A stretch of 64,000 nucleotides of DNA from Octopus sinensis. Lineage: Eukaryota. The notes beneath the pieces were generated by a model that was not told the DNA's origin, searched no databases, and saw only the letters and a list, made by a program, of their open reading frames with translations. This document shows, one piece after another, positions 39,591 through 52,605 of the stretch (the stretch's first letter is position 1; every line of letters begins with the position of its first letter). The stretch covers positions 13,268,001 to 13,332,000 of the forward strand of contig NC_043008.1 in assembly GCF_006345805.1 (NCBI RefSeq), written 5' to 3'. Made by a program: the position numbers and the translations under genes.

Positions 39591-40888
39591 CGTGGGATGA
39601 AATGCTTTGCTTAAACGCACAGCACATACCTCGGTCTAGAAATCGAAGCTAAATTCTTACGATTATAAGTACAACCGTTTTAACCACAAAGCCAGGCACC
39701 TATACACATACACACTCATATATGTGTGTGTATGAGAGAGGGGGCAGGGTTTGTACACAGAAGCAGATAGATAGATACATACATAACAGACAAACCAGTG
39801 CGTGTATGTGTTAGTGGCTGAGTCTATGTGTATTTCTTATTGTGCTTACTTCAGTCATTACGGTGAGACGAGATCTTGTTAAGTATCGAAATATATCGAA
39901 AACGTTGAGATATTATTTAGATCCCAGCCTACTTATTATTCTGTATTGTCGCATAGTCACGACTGTTATAGCTTCCATTTAGAAGTTTGAAACTTTGAAC
40001 GTTTGATGGAAAGAGTTTAATAAACAGTAAATCTATAAAATAATAACGAATTCTCGAAATAGTTTCTTTCATTCTATAAAGGCTTTAATCACGATTCCAT
40101 AATTACTTAATGCGGATGTTTTAGCCGCTGAACTACTAAAGTTTACAATAAGAATATTTATGTAATCATATAATATCAACTCTGACTTTCATCTAAAATT
40201 TATATTAGATATTATGCAGTAGAATATAAAATCTACTACCGGATCTACTTAAATTGCCAGTTGAAGCACATTAACACACCAACAAAGGCATCGCCAAGAT
40301 TTTTATGATATGACAACAAAAGTGTCTCTGACGACAAATATGCGCAGAGATTAAACATATGCCACGTAAGCGATTGTTTATTAAGATATATTTCAAACAC
40401 ATTACCCGAGAAAAACTTCATCCTTCTGCAAGTTTATGTTTGTAAAAAAAAGTTTATACCACGTCTGCATAAAGTATAGAGACAATACCATAACATAATA
40501 AAACATAGAACGGCATATAGCTATTTAAATAACAGTTTCTATAGATATTTCTATAGATATCTTATATGGTCATTTGTAAAACAAACAACTTGTACCCTTT
40601 TTCATGATATATAGAGCCACTCTGGAATATATTATGGGAATTCCTCCCCCACTATAAGTTTTAATGCACTAAAAGCATTTCCCTTGCGAATGCGCTGCTG
40701 GAATTGGGATATATTTATTGTAACCGTGAGTCTTCTATATTACCAAATACTGTTGAAAATATTATATTACAAGCCATAAATGAAGAGAGGGTTATAAGAT
40801 TAGATCTTACCTAATCAAGAGAAAAATGGAAGAATATAAGACATGTAAACGATTTACGATGAAATGGAATGAGGTGAATATCAACTTG

Positions 40889-41309
40889 GGATTTTTACGG
40901 TTTGAACGGCAGTTTTTTTCTAACGGTGTCATATGAAATTGTCACCTATAATTATGACCCGAGTATCGATCTATTGCATTTCAATCTGTTTTAGGGATTA
41001 GGGGTAGGGGGAAGGGTATCTAGTTTTCTTCACAAATGTAAATAAACCCAATCTGTTTCTTAAACGAGGGACATATTCATACGGCACAGAATGTTTTTTT
41101 TTTACCTCAATAGACGTATTTGATTGGTTGAAATTTCAGAAATTGAAGAAAAAGAAACAACGAATATCTTAAAAACTATAGAAGTTTCTCAATAAAGTCA
41201 AAAGAAAAAGATGTTTTATAAATACATTCTACCAAGTACACGAAGTTTAAAAGTGTTTAGTTACGTGGAAATTATTTTTAAAAAACTGCCGTTCAAACCG
41301 AAAAGATGC
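40889..41309. mobile_element. Non-autonomous DNA transposon with 8-bp TSD, Merlin-like MITE (copy 1)
   Basis: TIRs GGATTTTTACGGTTTGAACGGCAGTTTTT / AAAAACTGCCGTTCAAACCGAAAAGATGC. TSD TCAACTTG at 40881-40888 and 41310-41317. GG termini with an 8-9 bp TSD are characteristic of Merlin. Confidence 0.8.
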
Positions 41310-41890
41310 TCAACTTGTTTTATTATACAGTAAATATCAGAGCGTAGAAATAATCTTCCCTAATAAAGACACAAATTCCTAAATTTGGAGAAGTGGGCTG
41401 TTCGATTACATTAGTCCCAGTCATCAAACATGTACTTATTTCATCGAACATGGAACGAAGAAAAGCAAAGCATTCCTAGGTGGAATTTCAACTTCGGTGC
41501 ATTGATAATAACCACAAAAATCATGTAACGTAAAAGAATTGACTTCAAATTTTTGGGACAAGGTTCACATCATGTTATTAGGCATGTTTTAATTTTTTGA
41601 TATGTGTGTTTCCCAAAGTGACACGCAATGGGACAGGACTCGGTATCATGTGGTTGGAAGCATATCTCTGAACCAGCAGCCGCCCCCGATACTTATATCT
41701 ATACGTGTAACTAAAAGACTACCTTACTCGCGTTTGTTACTAGGCTAGAAACTAACATTACTCCCTAATAAACACACACATACACACATATACATATACA
41801 TACATACTCATATATATATAAATATATATGTGTGTGTATGTAAATATATATATTTAGGTGTGTGTGTGCGTGCTCATGTAAATATATATT

Positions 41891-42035
41891 TTTTTCTCTC
41901 TTTTACTCTTTTACTTGTTTCAGTCATTTGACTGCGGCCATGCTGGAGCACCGCCTTTAGTCGAGCAAATCGAACCCGGGACTTATTCTCTGTAAGCCCA
42001 GTACTTATTCTATCGGTCTCTTTTGCCGAACCGCT
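41891..42035 (-). mobile_element. SINE group A, 3' part only
   Basis: Tail through TTTTGCCGAACCGCT, then an abrupt switch to LINE sequence. Confidence 0.88.
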
Positions 42036-42768
42036 TTTTCGTTTTTTTCCTTTGAGCCACGGGAGGGTGGAGTTCCTCTGCCTTGTCCAGCATATCCTCC
42101 ATTCCTCCCACAGCCCTCGTTCCTCCGGTAGGCAACCATTGTTGTCCACTGCCCACTTTTCGTTTTCTTCCTTTTTTCCAGGACGCTTCCACCTCCTCGA
42201 CTTCCTCCTTCTCTCCCTCCAATGGGGGAGCAGAGAGTGGTACTTCTATTAACTGCTCCAGAACTCTATTGTGGTCCTTGTGGCAGTTCTTCTTGATATG
42301 ACCGGGTTCCAGGCACAGGTGACACTTGGGATTGTCCCTCAAGCATCACCGGATACTTAGACTCGGCCTTAAAAAATCTGGAAAAGCCAAATTTTCGGCT
42401 GATTGGATCCATCGAGTAGCTTGGTACTGCTGCCACCCAGTTCCCAGTGGATAGAATCCTCTATCCACTCGAGCTCAATTCTGGGTGGCAAACTGCAGAC
42501 CCAAGCCCTTGTTAATTTCTCTCAAATTAAATCATTTTGGAGACGAAAGACACCTCCAAATAGCAGTTCTCACAATTATGTGAGAAAAACACACGTCTCT
42601 ACAGCAGGCAGACCAAAAGCTCAGAATCCAGTGAGGACTCCTTGCTGGTACAAACAATAAACCTTACGGACAACGAATCCCACTGGACTCGAAAAGCAAA
42701 AAGTCTTACCTTACAGTAGAGCGTCTTTCAATAAAATTTTCGTCCGTTGCACACCAGCGTGGCGACTT
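42036..42768 (-). mobile_element. LINE 5' region with an ORF1 (gag-like) CCHC zinc-knuckle fragment, tentatively L1/Tx1-like
   Basis: PKCHLCLEPGHIKKNC is CX2CX4HX4C. It is preceded across a frameshift by KYPVMLEG and further upstream by WVCSLPPRIELEWI. GC content is higher than the flanks. Contains frameshifts and stops. Confidence 0.7.
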
Positions 42769-44640
42769 CAATTGTACAGTGACGAACAAGCTTCTGACCA
42801 CACCTGTATATACTCTATAGACTTAAACTATGAACTTCCATCTATGACCTCCTCAAATAAAAATAATATTGAAAATGGAAGAAAATATTTTACCCCGCTG
42901 TCGAGAAATGTTATCAATGCCTGAACGATGTAGTTACGTATCGTATTTCTGAACTCCCTAAATCCATCCATTCTCGAATATTTAATGTGTGTTTTTCAAA
43001 TATGAATATATGCTACTGGACGACGCTAAAACTAATTGTGGAATTATAGTAACTCATGCACCTTATCAGGGAAAGCATGACTTATCGTACCATGCAGCTG
43101 TTGTTTCAACAACAAAATATTTTGAAGCTAAGGTTTACGATTTAATTTATATTATATATTTTATGCATGAATAAATAATATTGATATATACTTGTGCCGT
43201 TTGACTTCAATACCTCTTCTTCAAGATTAATAGCTATTAAGTCTAAATATGGATATTCGCTTACATATGTAGAGTGAATGGAGATAAAAACAGATCAAAT
43301 ACAAATGGCTAATATCAAGTCACAATACTGTTTATAATATGCATCTTATATACTCCTACGATCATAATGAATGTGATAAGTATGATAAACGGAAAACATT
43401 TTTTAAATGATGAGAGCATAAATGTTACATTTTATTATAAAACCGACAAACTTCCAGTCTAAGCAATAAATATATTTTAAGCCATTGTGAATATAACATT
43501 GAAATACACCGCAGTATTACGATGTTTAAAACAAACCTTTCTTCGTGCCAATAACGTACATTAGCAAAAGTAATTCAGACATACCCATGTGTGCTCATTG
43601 TTTAGTTGCCAGATCAAAGAAATACGCTTTCAGCGCTTTTTCGCTTCCTGGCAAGCAGCCATTATTCCTATTTTCGTTTCATCCAGATTCTCTCACGCAT
43701 CTTTGCCCCCGGTTTCCTATTTTCTTTTCTGTTACAATTACCATTACGATACTTGTAAATCTCTCTCTCAATTTCTCTCTCTCTCTCATTCTGTCACTCT
43801 CTCTCTCTCTCTCTCTCTCTCGCTTTCTCTAAATTTTCATTCCATAATTTCTATTCCGTTCTTTTATTTCCTTTTATATCACTTCCCCCGCTTTTGAATC
43901 TCCAACTGCTCTTATTTTATACCTTCGTTCTGTTTCTCATTTTTCACTGATGCATGTATTCTCTTGTCTTCAACAAACTTCTATTTCCTTTCCAAACTGA
44001 TTTTTATTTATTCTTTTTATTCGTCAGTTCTTTCATTCTTCTACTTCAGTCTTCGTAAACAAGATACATACAAGGAATAACTTTTACCCAGTTCCCATTC
44101 ATGTCCTTTTGTGACAATTCAGATTACATTCTAGTTTAGAAAATTAAAATAGCATCGCAAAAACCGTACACTAATACCTTCAGGCAAAACTATTCTAATT
44201 TTGGGATTCCAGTTTCGTTACTACTATTAATGACTAATGACTCAGGAAGTGTAAGGAACTTCGATTAATCTTTTTCAATGTCATCAAGTGATTTTTTATA
44301 CATTTATAAAGACGGTCCATGTAAACACAAAATAACATTAATAGGATTCGTTAAAAAGTCTTGAGTTAAACGGCAAGAATTGGTCGAAGCAAAATGTGAT
44401 ATCAACATACAAACGAACACATATGCAAAGGAACATACAGACACACATATATGTGTGTGTGTGTGTGTACCAATATCTTGATTTGCGTATAAAGCAGACC
44501 ATGCGCTTAGAGCCCGCGGTTTGTTGGGAGACACAAAGCGTGTTATAAAAACCTGCTTAGACCAGTGTCTTCAAACTATTAGTTGCTCCTAACATTAAAC
44601 TTGTACTTTAAATGATATATATGTATGTATATATATACAT

Positions 44641-44696
<56 letters not shown>

Positions 44697-44699
44697 TAT

Positions 44700-44792
44700 A
44701 GGTGCAGGAGTGCAAGTGTCTTCTACCATAGCCTCGGGGCGACCAAAGCCTTAGGAGTAGATTTGATGGATCGAAATTGAAAGAAGCCTGTC

Positions 44793-44837
<45 letters not shown>

Positions 44838-45058
44838 AATATATATGTATACGTGTGTTTGTTATTTGTGTTTGTATTTGTCCATCCACCATCGCTTGAC
44901 AACCGATATTGGTGTGTTTACGTCCCCGCTACCTAGCAGTTCAGGAAAAGTGCTCGATAGAAGAAGAACTAGGCTTACAAAGATTAAGTCCTGGGCTAAA
45001 TTTGTTTGATTAAAGGTCGTGCACCAGCCGCAGTCAAATGACTAAAACAGATAAAAGA
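44700..45058 (+). mobile_element. SINE group A with the promoter region of the head deleted
   Basis: GGTGCAGGAGT is joined directly to GCAAGTGTCTTC. The rest is an A body and tail. Confidence 0.8.
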
Positions 45059-45074
45059 ATATATATACATACAA

Positions 45075-45144
<70 letters not shown>

Positions 45145-45545
45145 AAGAATGATATAGATAGATATATGTGTATATATGTGTGTGCTTTTGTGTGCATGTA
45201 TATACATATTTACATATATACATAATGCGAAAAGAGATTTAGGATCCAAGGAAAACAGTTTCTTAGTTTTCTGTTAAGAAAAAAAGCAAAGCTAGCAAGA
45301 TTCGGTTGTGATAGACGTAGACGTTTCGGTAATCGTTTTCTTCGGGTAATTTCAAACTTTAGTATTTGTTTCGGAGAATGATATATTGCAAAATATGGAG
45401 AGAACATTGGCCCTGCCATTTAGGCATGAGTGAATGTATGTGTCTGTGTGTGTGTGCATGTGCGCGTGTGTGTGCGCGTGCGCAGTAGAGATAGGAGGAA
45501 AAACTGGTTGATAGATACACACGCACATATATACATACATACATA

Positions 45546-45760
45546 CTTCTCTCACTCTTACTTCCTGTTTCTGTTGTACCTGCATTTTAAAGGGCCGGCC
45601 TTGTCACTCTCTGTGTCACGCTGAATATCCCCGAGAACTGCGTTAAGGGTATACGTGTCTGTGGAGTGCTCAGCCACTTACACGTTAATTTCACGAGCAG
45701 GCTGTTCCGTTGATCGGATCAACCGGAACCCTCGTCGTCGTAACCGACGGAGTGCTTCCA
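45546..45760 (+). mobile_element. SINE group B, 3' half (main tail)
   Basis: Nearly identical to 56610-56810 and ends CGACGGAGTGCTTCC. Confidence 0.88.
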
Positions 45761-47219
45761 CACACATACATACATACATACATACATACATACATACATA
45801 CATACATAGGTGAGAAATCAATGTTAGAATTTCTACACCGGGAGATATGGCATACAAACATTCTCTGAATCTCTTTTTTAAGTTTCACCTCAACCCCACT
45901 GACTCGTAAAGCGTGGCTGGAGAAATGAACTAACCAACTGTCTTTCATATCATTTATTATAATATAGAGATTATCGTACATGTAATTAGATTCACGGATT
46001 CCTTTTAGTATGCTGTGTTATAGAATATAACAAATCGTAGTGCATATTTCTACATTTTCTACATCTTTTTCCTTTACTGTATTATTACGTGTGATAACAT
46101 TTAGTTCTTTCATGTTTGAATCGAATACATTACCAACAAATTAATTCGTTTACATTTATAGCGCGGTGTAATATATTACATACATTTGCATATATTAAAT
46201 ATGGGTATACCGAATATGCCTCCCATGTTCGTTCAGGAAGTATAATTCTACATCTAAGTAATAAATATGTACGCAATTAGTAAATGCATCAAGTGCGTAT
46301 TAATTGTGATTAATAAAGCTATGATACAATGAAAGACTGCGAATGAATAGTTCGAATAATACTCTCGGGTGTTCGAGTGCTATCTGTTGCACATGAATAT
46401 AAAGGACTAAATTTCATTTATCATGACATGGCTTATCTCTAAACCTAAATCACATCGCTTTCGTATTTTTCTCTGTGGAAATACTTTACAGTCGTACTAA
46501 ATCATTTCACAAAGATTGCAGGAAAGTCGAAATCGCATAATACTTCCAAATCTTCGTCAGAAGACTTGTTTGCTTTACGAAAAATATCACAAATATATTT
46601 ATATAATACATGAGCCATTGCAAAAGCGGTTGGTTTTTTTTTCTCCTTTTTTCTTTGAATATATGAATATGAAATAGCATGAATAATATTCTGTTTGAAT
46701 ATAGTAGATTACATAACATAAAACAATAATTTTTAAGGGAATTCGTTTTATTAAAGAAGGAAGGTTATCTCGCAAAACTTATTATTCTAAAGAAATATAA
46801 TCGTTGAGAAAAAAGTAAGCAATTATCCTGCGGGATTGTGGCATTGATCGATGAGTGAATATAATTAAAATACATTGGAACAGGCTATAATATAATACCC
46901 GCGAAAAATATAAGGAGAAGGTTATGTACGCTGACAGATCCAGTAAACCGACTATTATTGATGAGAAAATTTCAATATATTCGCTTTAATCAACAACTGC
47001 CGATTCGTTGGTATGATGAATAATGAGAATATTGTTTCCAACTCACGTATGTAAAAGTATATCTTTATTCTCTTTTGATTGAATTCACAAAATGGTGGCA
47101 TATTTTCATCTGATTGATATTGCATGAAACTGTGTTGATTTATTGATGCATCATACTACTTTGCTCTCACTCTGTCTTTCACCACAACATATTTGTATTT
47201 GTATGTATGCGTGGGTGTA

Positions 47220-47278
47220 TGCATAAATATGTATATACATACATACATACATACATATATACATACATACATATATAT

Positions 47279-47325
<47 letters not shown>

Positions 47326-47380
47326 TATATACATATATATATACATATAATATACATATATATATACATAATATATATAC

Positions 47381-47411
<31 letters not shown>

Positions 47412-47433
47412 CATATATATATACATATATATA

Positions 47434-47482
<49 letters not shown>

Positions 47483-47511
47483 CATATATATATATACATA
47501 TATATATATAC

Positions 47512-47542
<31 letters not shown>

Positions 47543-47560
47543 ATATATATATATATATAT
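47220..47560. repeat. (TA)n/(ATATAC)n microsatellite
   Basis: Directly visible. Confidence 0.95.
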
Positions 47561-47861
47561 CACATCATATCGTGAAAACAAGCAGACACTCAAATAGATC
47601 GACATATACATTTATATGCATAATTATACATCTATATACTTATATTCATGGTTTAGCGTTCCCTTTGTGGTTTCGCCAAAACATGTACTCATTCTATGAA
47701 AGATGAATATCATTTAATGTATACATTATTTAAATGCGAACAACTATAAGTTTCATGCCTCTGACAATACAACTGTCGGACGAGCTATTATAGCATATCA
47801 TGTATAAGATATGATGCTTTTTGAGCCTGAATCATTACTCGATAATAAACTATTCGATAAT

Positions 47862-47971
47862 ACACTTGCTTCAGCAGTACATATACTACAAACTGGAACG
47901 ATACAGAGAAGATTAGCATGGCCCCTGCGCAAGGATGACACACGAATTTGTGAGGCGTTCCATACTTTTTT
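47862..47971 (+). pseudogene. U6: Full-length divergent U6 snRNA copy (probable pseudogene or variant)
   Basis: The 47-nt core GGAACGATACAGAGAAGATTAGCATGGCCCCTGCGCAAGGATGACAC is identical to canonical metazoan U6, including the ACAGAGA box, AGC triad and ISL. The 5' stem and 3' end carry substitutions. It ends in a T-run. Confidence 0.92.
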
Positions 47972-47977
47972 ATTCAT

Positions 47978-48025
47978 AGGAGTAGGAGTGGCTGTGTGGT
48001 AAGTAGCTTGCTTACCAACCACATG
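47978..48025 (+). mobile_element. SINE group A head fragment
   Basis: AGGAGTAGGAGTGGCTGTGTGGTAAGTAGCTTGCTTACCAACCACATG, then unrelated sequence. Confidence 0.85.
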
Positions 48026-49273
48026 TGCACTGTAATAGATGAATATCCTGAGCTTTTGAGGCGTTGTATCGACAACAGTGAGGGTTATTTTCAATACACA
48101 AGTAAATGTCCAAAGTTTCGTTTGTATGCGATCATTAATTATCCTGAAATTCAAACTTTTTTTGTAACAGTATTTATGGCTACACTGTGTATGTTTTTTT
48201 ATGTTTTCTGAATTTTCTATATTTTTTCTGAATTGTTTATACTCTAACCACCATTCTACACTAATGAAAATTAATTAGTTGCTTTTTAATTTGTGCACAT
48301 ATATTTGAGATAAGGTTGTATTGTTTGTGTTCAGGTGTGTGCGTGTGTGTGTAGTCTTTAGATTTGATATCATCAGAATATTCACTGTCTGACTTCCTAC
48401 CTCTTTTTATAAAACCAGTCAGCTGTGTGTGTTGTTGTTTTTTCCGCTCTTTCAATATCTCTCAAGCAGTATTTCTGTATAAGTTAGATATCGTTCGTAA
48501 AGGTCCACATTTTTCTTACTTTGTTTATTTACATTTTCTTACGTCTTCCAGCTGATTGTATTCTATGGTATCTAATCTTCTTCACGTGTCAGTTCTTAGT
48601 AAGCTTCTTCTGCTCTAGTGCTTCATTTTGTTTCCTCCATAGTGGTCTATTCTTCCAACATTTCCATTCATGAGAACGTTGAACATTTTTCTGTTTGTCT
48701 CTTGATTAAGTTTTTATTCTTGGCAAAATACGTTAAGGCTGGCGAGAAATTGGTTATTCTATCCACTGATATTTTCACATGAAAATCGTATAAAATGGCT
48801 GATGCATATAACTGAATCTGTCTTCGTTACTATTAGCGGTCGGACTTAGTGCCATGGGCAAATGTATTTAAATATCTACTATTGCCATGTTATCATTATG
48901 TTTCCTCCATAAGTGACTGTTGTTTTTATTTTTATTTTCCTCCATGAGAGTATTTATAGATTTTAATTTAATATTCATTTTGTTGTTTTATTCATATTAT
49001 CTAGAAAGTTTACATTATTCTGTATTTAGAGTAACTCACTTTAGTTCCTGTACTTTGTTTTTGGTCTTCTGGTTCTGACTTTTGTTTAGATTCCTCTAGT
49101 CATGTTAGTACTTTGGTTTCGTTTGGTATTGTTTATTTCATTGTATCATTCTCTTTTTTCCGTTGCGTTTAGCAAACAGTATTTTAGTAAGCTTCACAAC
49201 ATTAATAGTTTTGAAAAGTTTTATTCTTGTCTTGGTTCTTCCGACATTTTTTCCTCATCCAACGAATCTCGTG

Positions 49274-49657
49274 TACTCTTTACCATTTTACTTGTTTCAG
49301 TCATTTGACTGCGGCCATGATGGAGCACCAGCTTTAGTCGAGTAAATTGACCCCAGAATTTATTCTTTGTAAGCCTAGTATTTAGTCTATCGGTCTCTTT
49401 TGTAGAAACGGCTATGTTACGGGAACACAAACACACTCGCATCAATTTCAAGCGATGTTGGGGGACAAACACGATCACACACACACATATATACGATGGG
49501 CTTCTTTCAGTTTCCCTCTACCAAATCCACTCACAAGGCTTTGGTCGGCCCGAGGCTATAGTAGAAGACACTTGCCCAAGGTGCCATGCAGCAGGACTGA
49601 ACCCGGAACCATGTGGTTCGTAAGCAAGCTAATTACTACACAGCCACTCCTGCGTCT
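49274..49657 (-). mobile_element. SINE group A, full length with a short internal microsatellite
   Basis: Head to tail on the minus strand. Confidence 0.9.
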
Positions 49658-49897
49658 AAGTTTATGTTATACATCTATGTCCTATATGTATTTGTGCATT
49701 TAATTTGTATCATCTGCATCGGACAAATTGCTCTCATACAATATATGTTTGATTGTCCTCATTTACCTATGTTTAAGAACTTTCTGCTTTAAATTATCTT
49801 AGATATTACCGTCACAGAAAAAAACAATTAAGAAATCATTCATTTTTATTCATCCATTTTGATTATTAATGACGTGCTATATATTAATTTCATTTAA

Positions 49898-50295
49898 AGG
49901 TGGCGTATCGTTAGCACGCCATGCGAAATACTTAGGGGTATTTCGTCTGCCGTTACCTTTTGCGTTCAAATTCCGCCGAGATCGACTTTGCCTTTCATCC
50001 TTTCGGGGTCGATAAATTAAGTACCAGTTACGCACTGGGGTCGATGTAATCGACTTGATCCGTTTGTCTGTCCTTGTTTGACATCTCTGTGTTTAGCCCC
50101 TTGTGGGTAGTAAAGAAATAGGTATTTCGTCTGCCGTTACGTTGTGAGTTCAAATTCCGCCGAGGTCGACTATGCCTTTCATCCTTTCGGGGTCGATAAA
50201 TAAAGTACCAGTTAAGCACTGGAGTCAATGTAATCCCTTTGTCTGTGCCTGTTTGTCCCCTCTATGTTTAGCCCCTTGTGGGCAGTAAAGAAATA
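49898..50295 (+). mobile_element. SINE group C, two-unit form
   Basis: The unit restarts at GTAAAGAAATA|GGTATTTCGTCTGCC near 50121. Two B-box-like motifs. Confidence 0.88.
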
Positions 50296-51439
50296 TGTAT
50301 ATTAATTTCATTTAACCTGGTGATATCGATAATGTTGTATACCTTCACTGAATCCCTTATAATCGGACTTAAAGTTTTATTTGTTTATACTGTGTCATCT
50401 CGGAATTAATACAATATTTTGGAATTAGCCAAAACATGTAGAACGTTGGCATTTACATTCTTTGTTCCATAAAACTATACCCGGATTTTAAGTTTTCAAA
50501 CACGTCCACACGTTCCATGTTTAATACTTTCCGTTGCTAAATTTTCTTCGGAAACCTATTGTTTGTAAATTTTCAATTATGTTGTTGCTGTAAGTCCCTT
50601 CTCTGTGATATACGTATATTGTGTTGGGTTTTGTAGTTTATATCCCTCAATTTCCGCGTGTTATTTTTATCTTATTGTTCTACTTACAAAAATATATATT
50701 GATTTCTTTTGATTATTTGTATTTTCCTTGTATTCTATATCCCTATTTCTGTAGTCTGCTATTATGAGAATGTATCTACTTTAAATTCCCTAGTTTCTTT
50801 GGATTTGCGTTTATTTTTAGATCCGGATCAAGGTTATTGCCAGTTTCAAAATTTATTGAAGAATTTTGTCATAGTTTTCTTTTTCTATTTAGAATGGGGT
50901 TTTATAAGACGCATGGAGAAATATATTTCTTTCCTGCTCATATATATTTTTTTTGTATTTCCTTTGCAAAACTCGCAGAGCAGGATCAGGCCCTTTATTT
51001 ATAAAGTCATTCATATCGGTCAAGTCGGCGCGCTGGCAGAATACACCAGGCATTTCGTCCGACATTCTGTTGTGAGTTCAAATTCTTCGGTGTCGATGCA
51101 ATAAGTACAAGTCGATCTCTGGGGTGAGAAATTGCTAGCCTCGTGCATATACATGTGTATATGCATATATGTATATTTTATATAACAAACCCAATCATAT
51201 ATATTTGCATCAGTAGCTCCATATCAGTTCATCTGGATTACTTTTATAGCCACTCAATATACAGCGGATTTATTCATCGATAAACTCATCGAGATGTTAG
51301 TTTGAATTATTTGTTTTCTATATTGAGCATCTCCTGATCTTACCTTTTGAATAGACATACATACATACATACATACGTAAACTAAAAATATCACCCACAT
51401 CATAAAGAGTTATCCAAAAATGTCATCATGGTATTATCT

Positions 51440-52180
51440 ACCCATTGACATATGGTGTTGAATAACGAGATCTGTCGAACATTGTATAACGAGATCCGTC
51501 GAACGAATAACCCCGAGAGCAAAGAAATAAGAGCCCACAGTTTGGTGGAAGCCATAGCCACTCATAATAAAAGGGACTACTGGTAGAAAGTCTCAGTGAA
51601 AACTTCAATAAAATGTAAACACAATAGACCTGATATAATGGTTTGGGAGAGAGTAGTGAAACTGTACAGTTCTGGAAACCAGCTACCCTGCGGATGTTAA
51701 TATAAAGCTGAAGATCAGTGAAAAAGAGAATACCTACCCTACGTTGGACTATTGAGAAATCTACAGTCATTCTATCCGGATTACAAGTTCAGGTTTATGC
51801 CTGTAATTATTGGGGCGGAGAGATATGTAACACCCTGCCTAAATACCAGTCTTGAAAAATTAGGTTTCTCAAAACTGGAAATGAGAAAATTGATTCGATG
51901 GCTGTAGATCCAAACCCTCACCGTAATTCTAAAAATCTGTAAGACTTTCCAGAAGTTTATCATTTAAGGATATATGAGCATATCTACGAATGCAAGTATA
52001 TGCATGAGAAGATATACATAAAACAAAAGAAACAAACGACACGTATACGTAAAAACATATATGCATATAAAAATAGCCATGTTGATGTTGTTGAAATTCC
52101 AATGAAGGAGAGCGTTGGATCTAGTTTAGAAACTGTTTCTTTCCCTCTTAGCCAGAAATGTTGAAATAAAACTTAATAAC
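51440..52180 (+). mobile_element. 5'-truncated R4/Dong-like non-LTR retrotransposon: restriction-like endonuclease domain plus 3' UTR
   Basis: With frameshifts it reads YW*KVSVKTSIKCKHNRPDIMVWER...TVLE.SYPADVNIKLKISEKENTY..LLRNLQSFYPDYKFRFMPVIIGA...LEKLGFSK...KICKTFQKF*. This is the PD..(D/E)xK-type RLE terminus. The UTR ends AATAAAACTTAATAAC. Confidence 0.8.
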
Positions 52181-52190
52181 GACATTCATA

Positions 52191-52605
52191 TACTCTCTCT
52201 TTTACTCTTTTATTGTTTCAATCATTTTGACTGCGCCCATGCTGGAGCACCGCCTTTAGTCGAGCAAATCGACCCCAGGACTTAGTCTTTGTAAGCCTAG
52301 TACTTATTCTATCAATTTCTTTTGCCGAGCCGCTAAGTGACGGGGACGTGAACTCAACAGCATCGGTTGTCACGCGATGTTGGGGGGGGGGCAAACACAC
52401 ACACACACACACATATATATATTCATAAACATATATATATATATACGACGGGCTTCTTTCAGTTTCCGTCTACCACATCCACTCACAAGGCTTTGGTCGG
52501 CCCGAGGCTATAGTAGAAGACACTCGCTCAAGGCACCACGCAGTGAGACTGAACCCGGAACCATGTGATTGGTAAGCAAGCTACTTACCACACACCCACT
52601 CCTGC
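52191..52605 (-). mobile_element. SINE group A, full length
   Basis: Head to tail on the minus strand. Confidence 0.9.
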
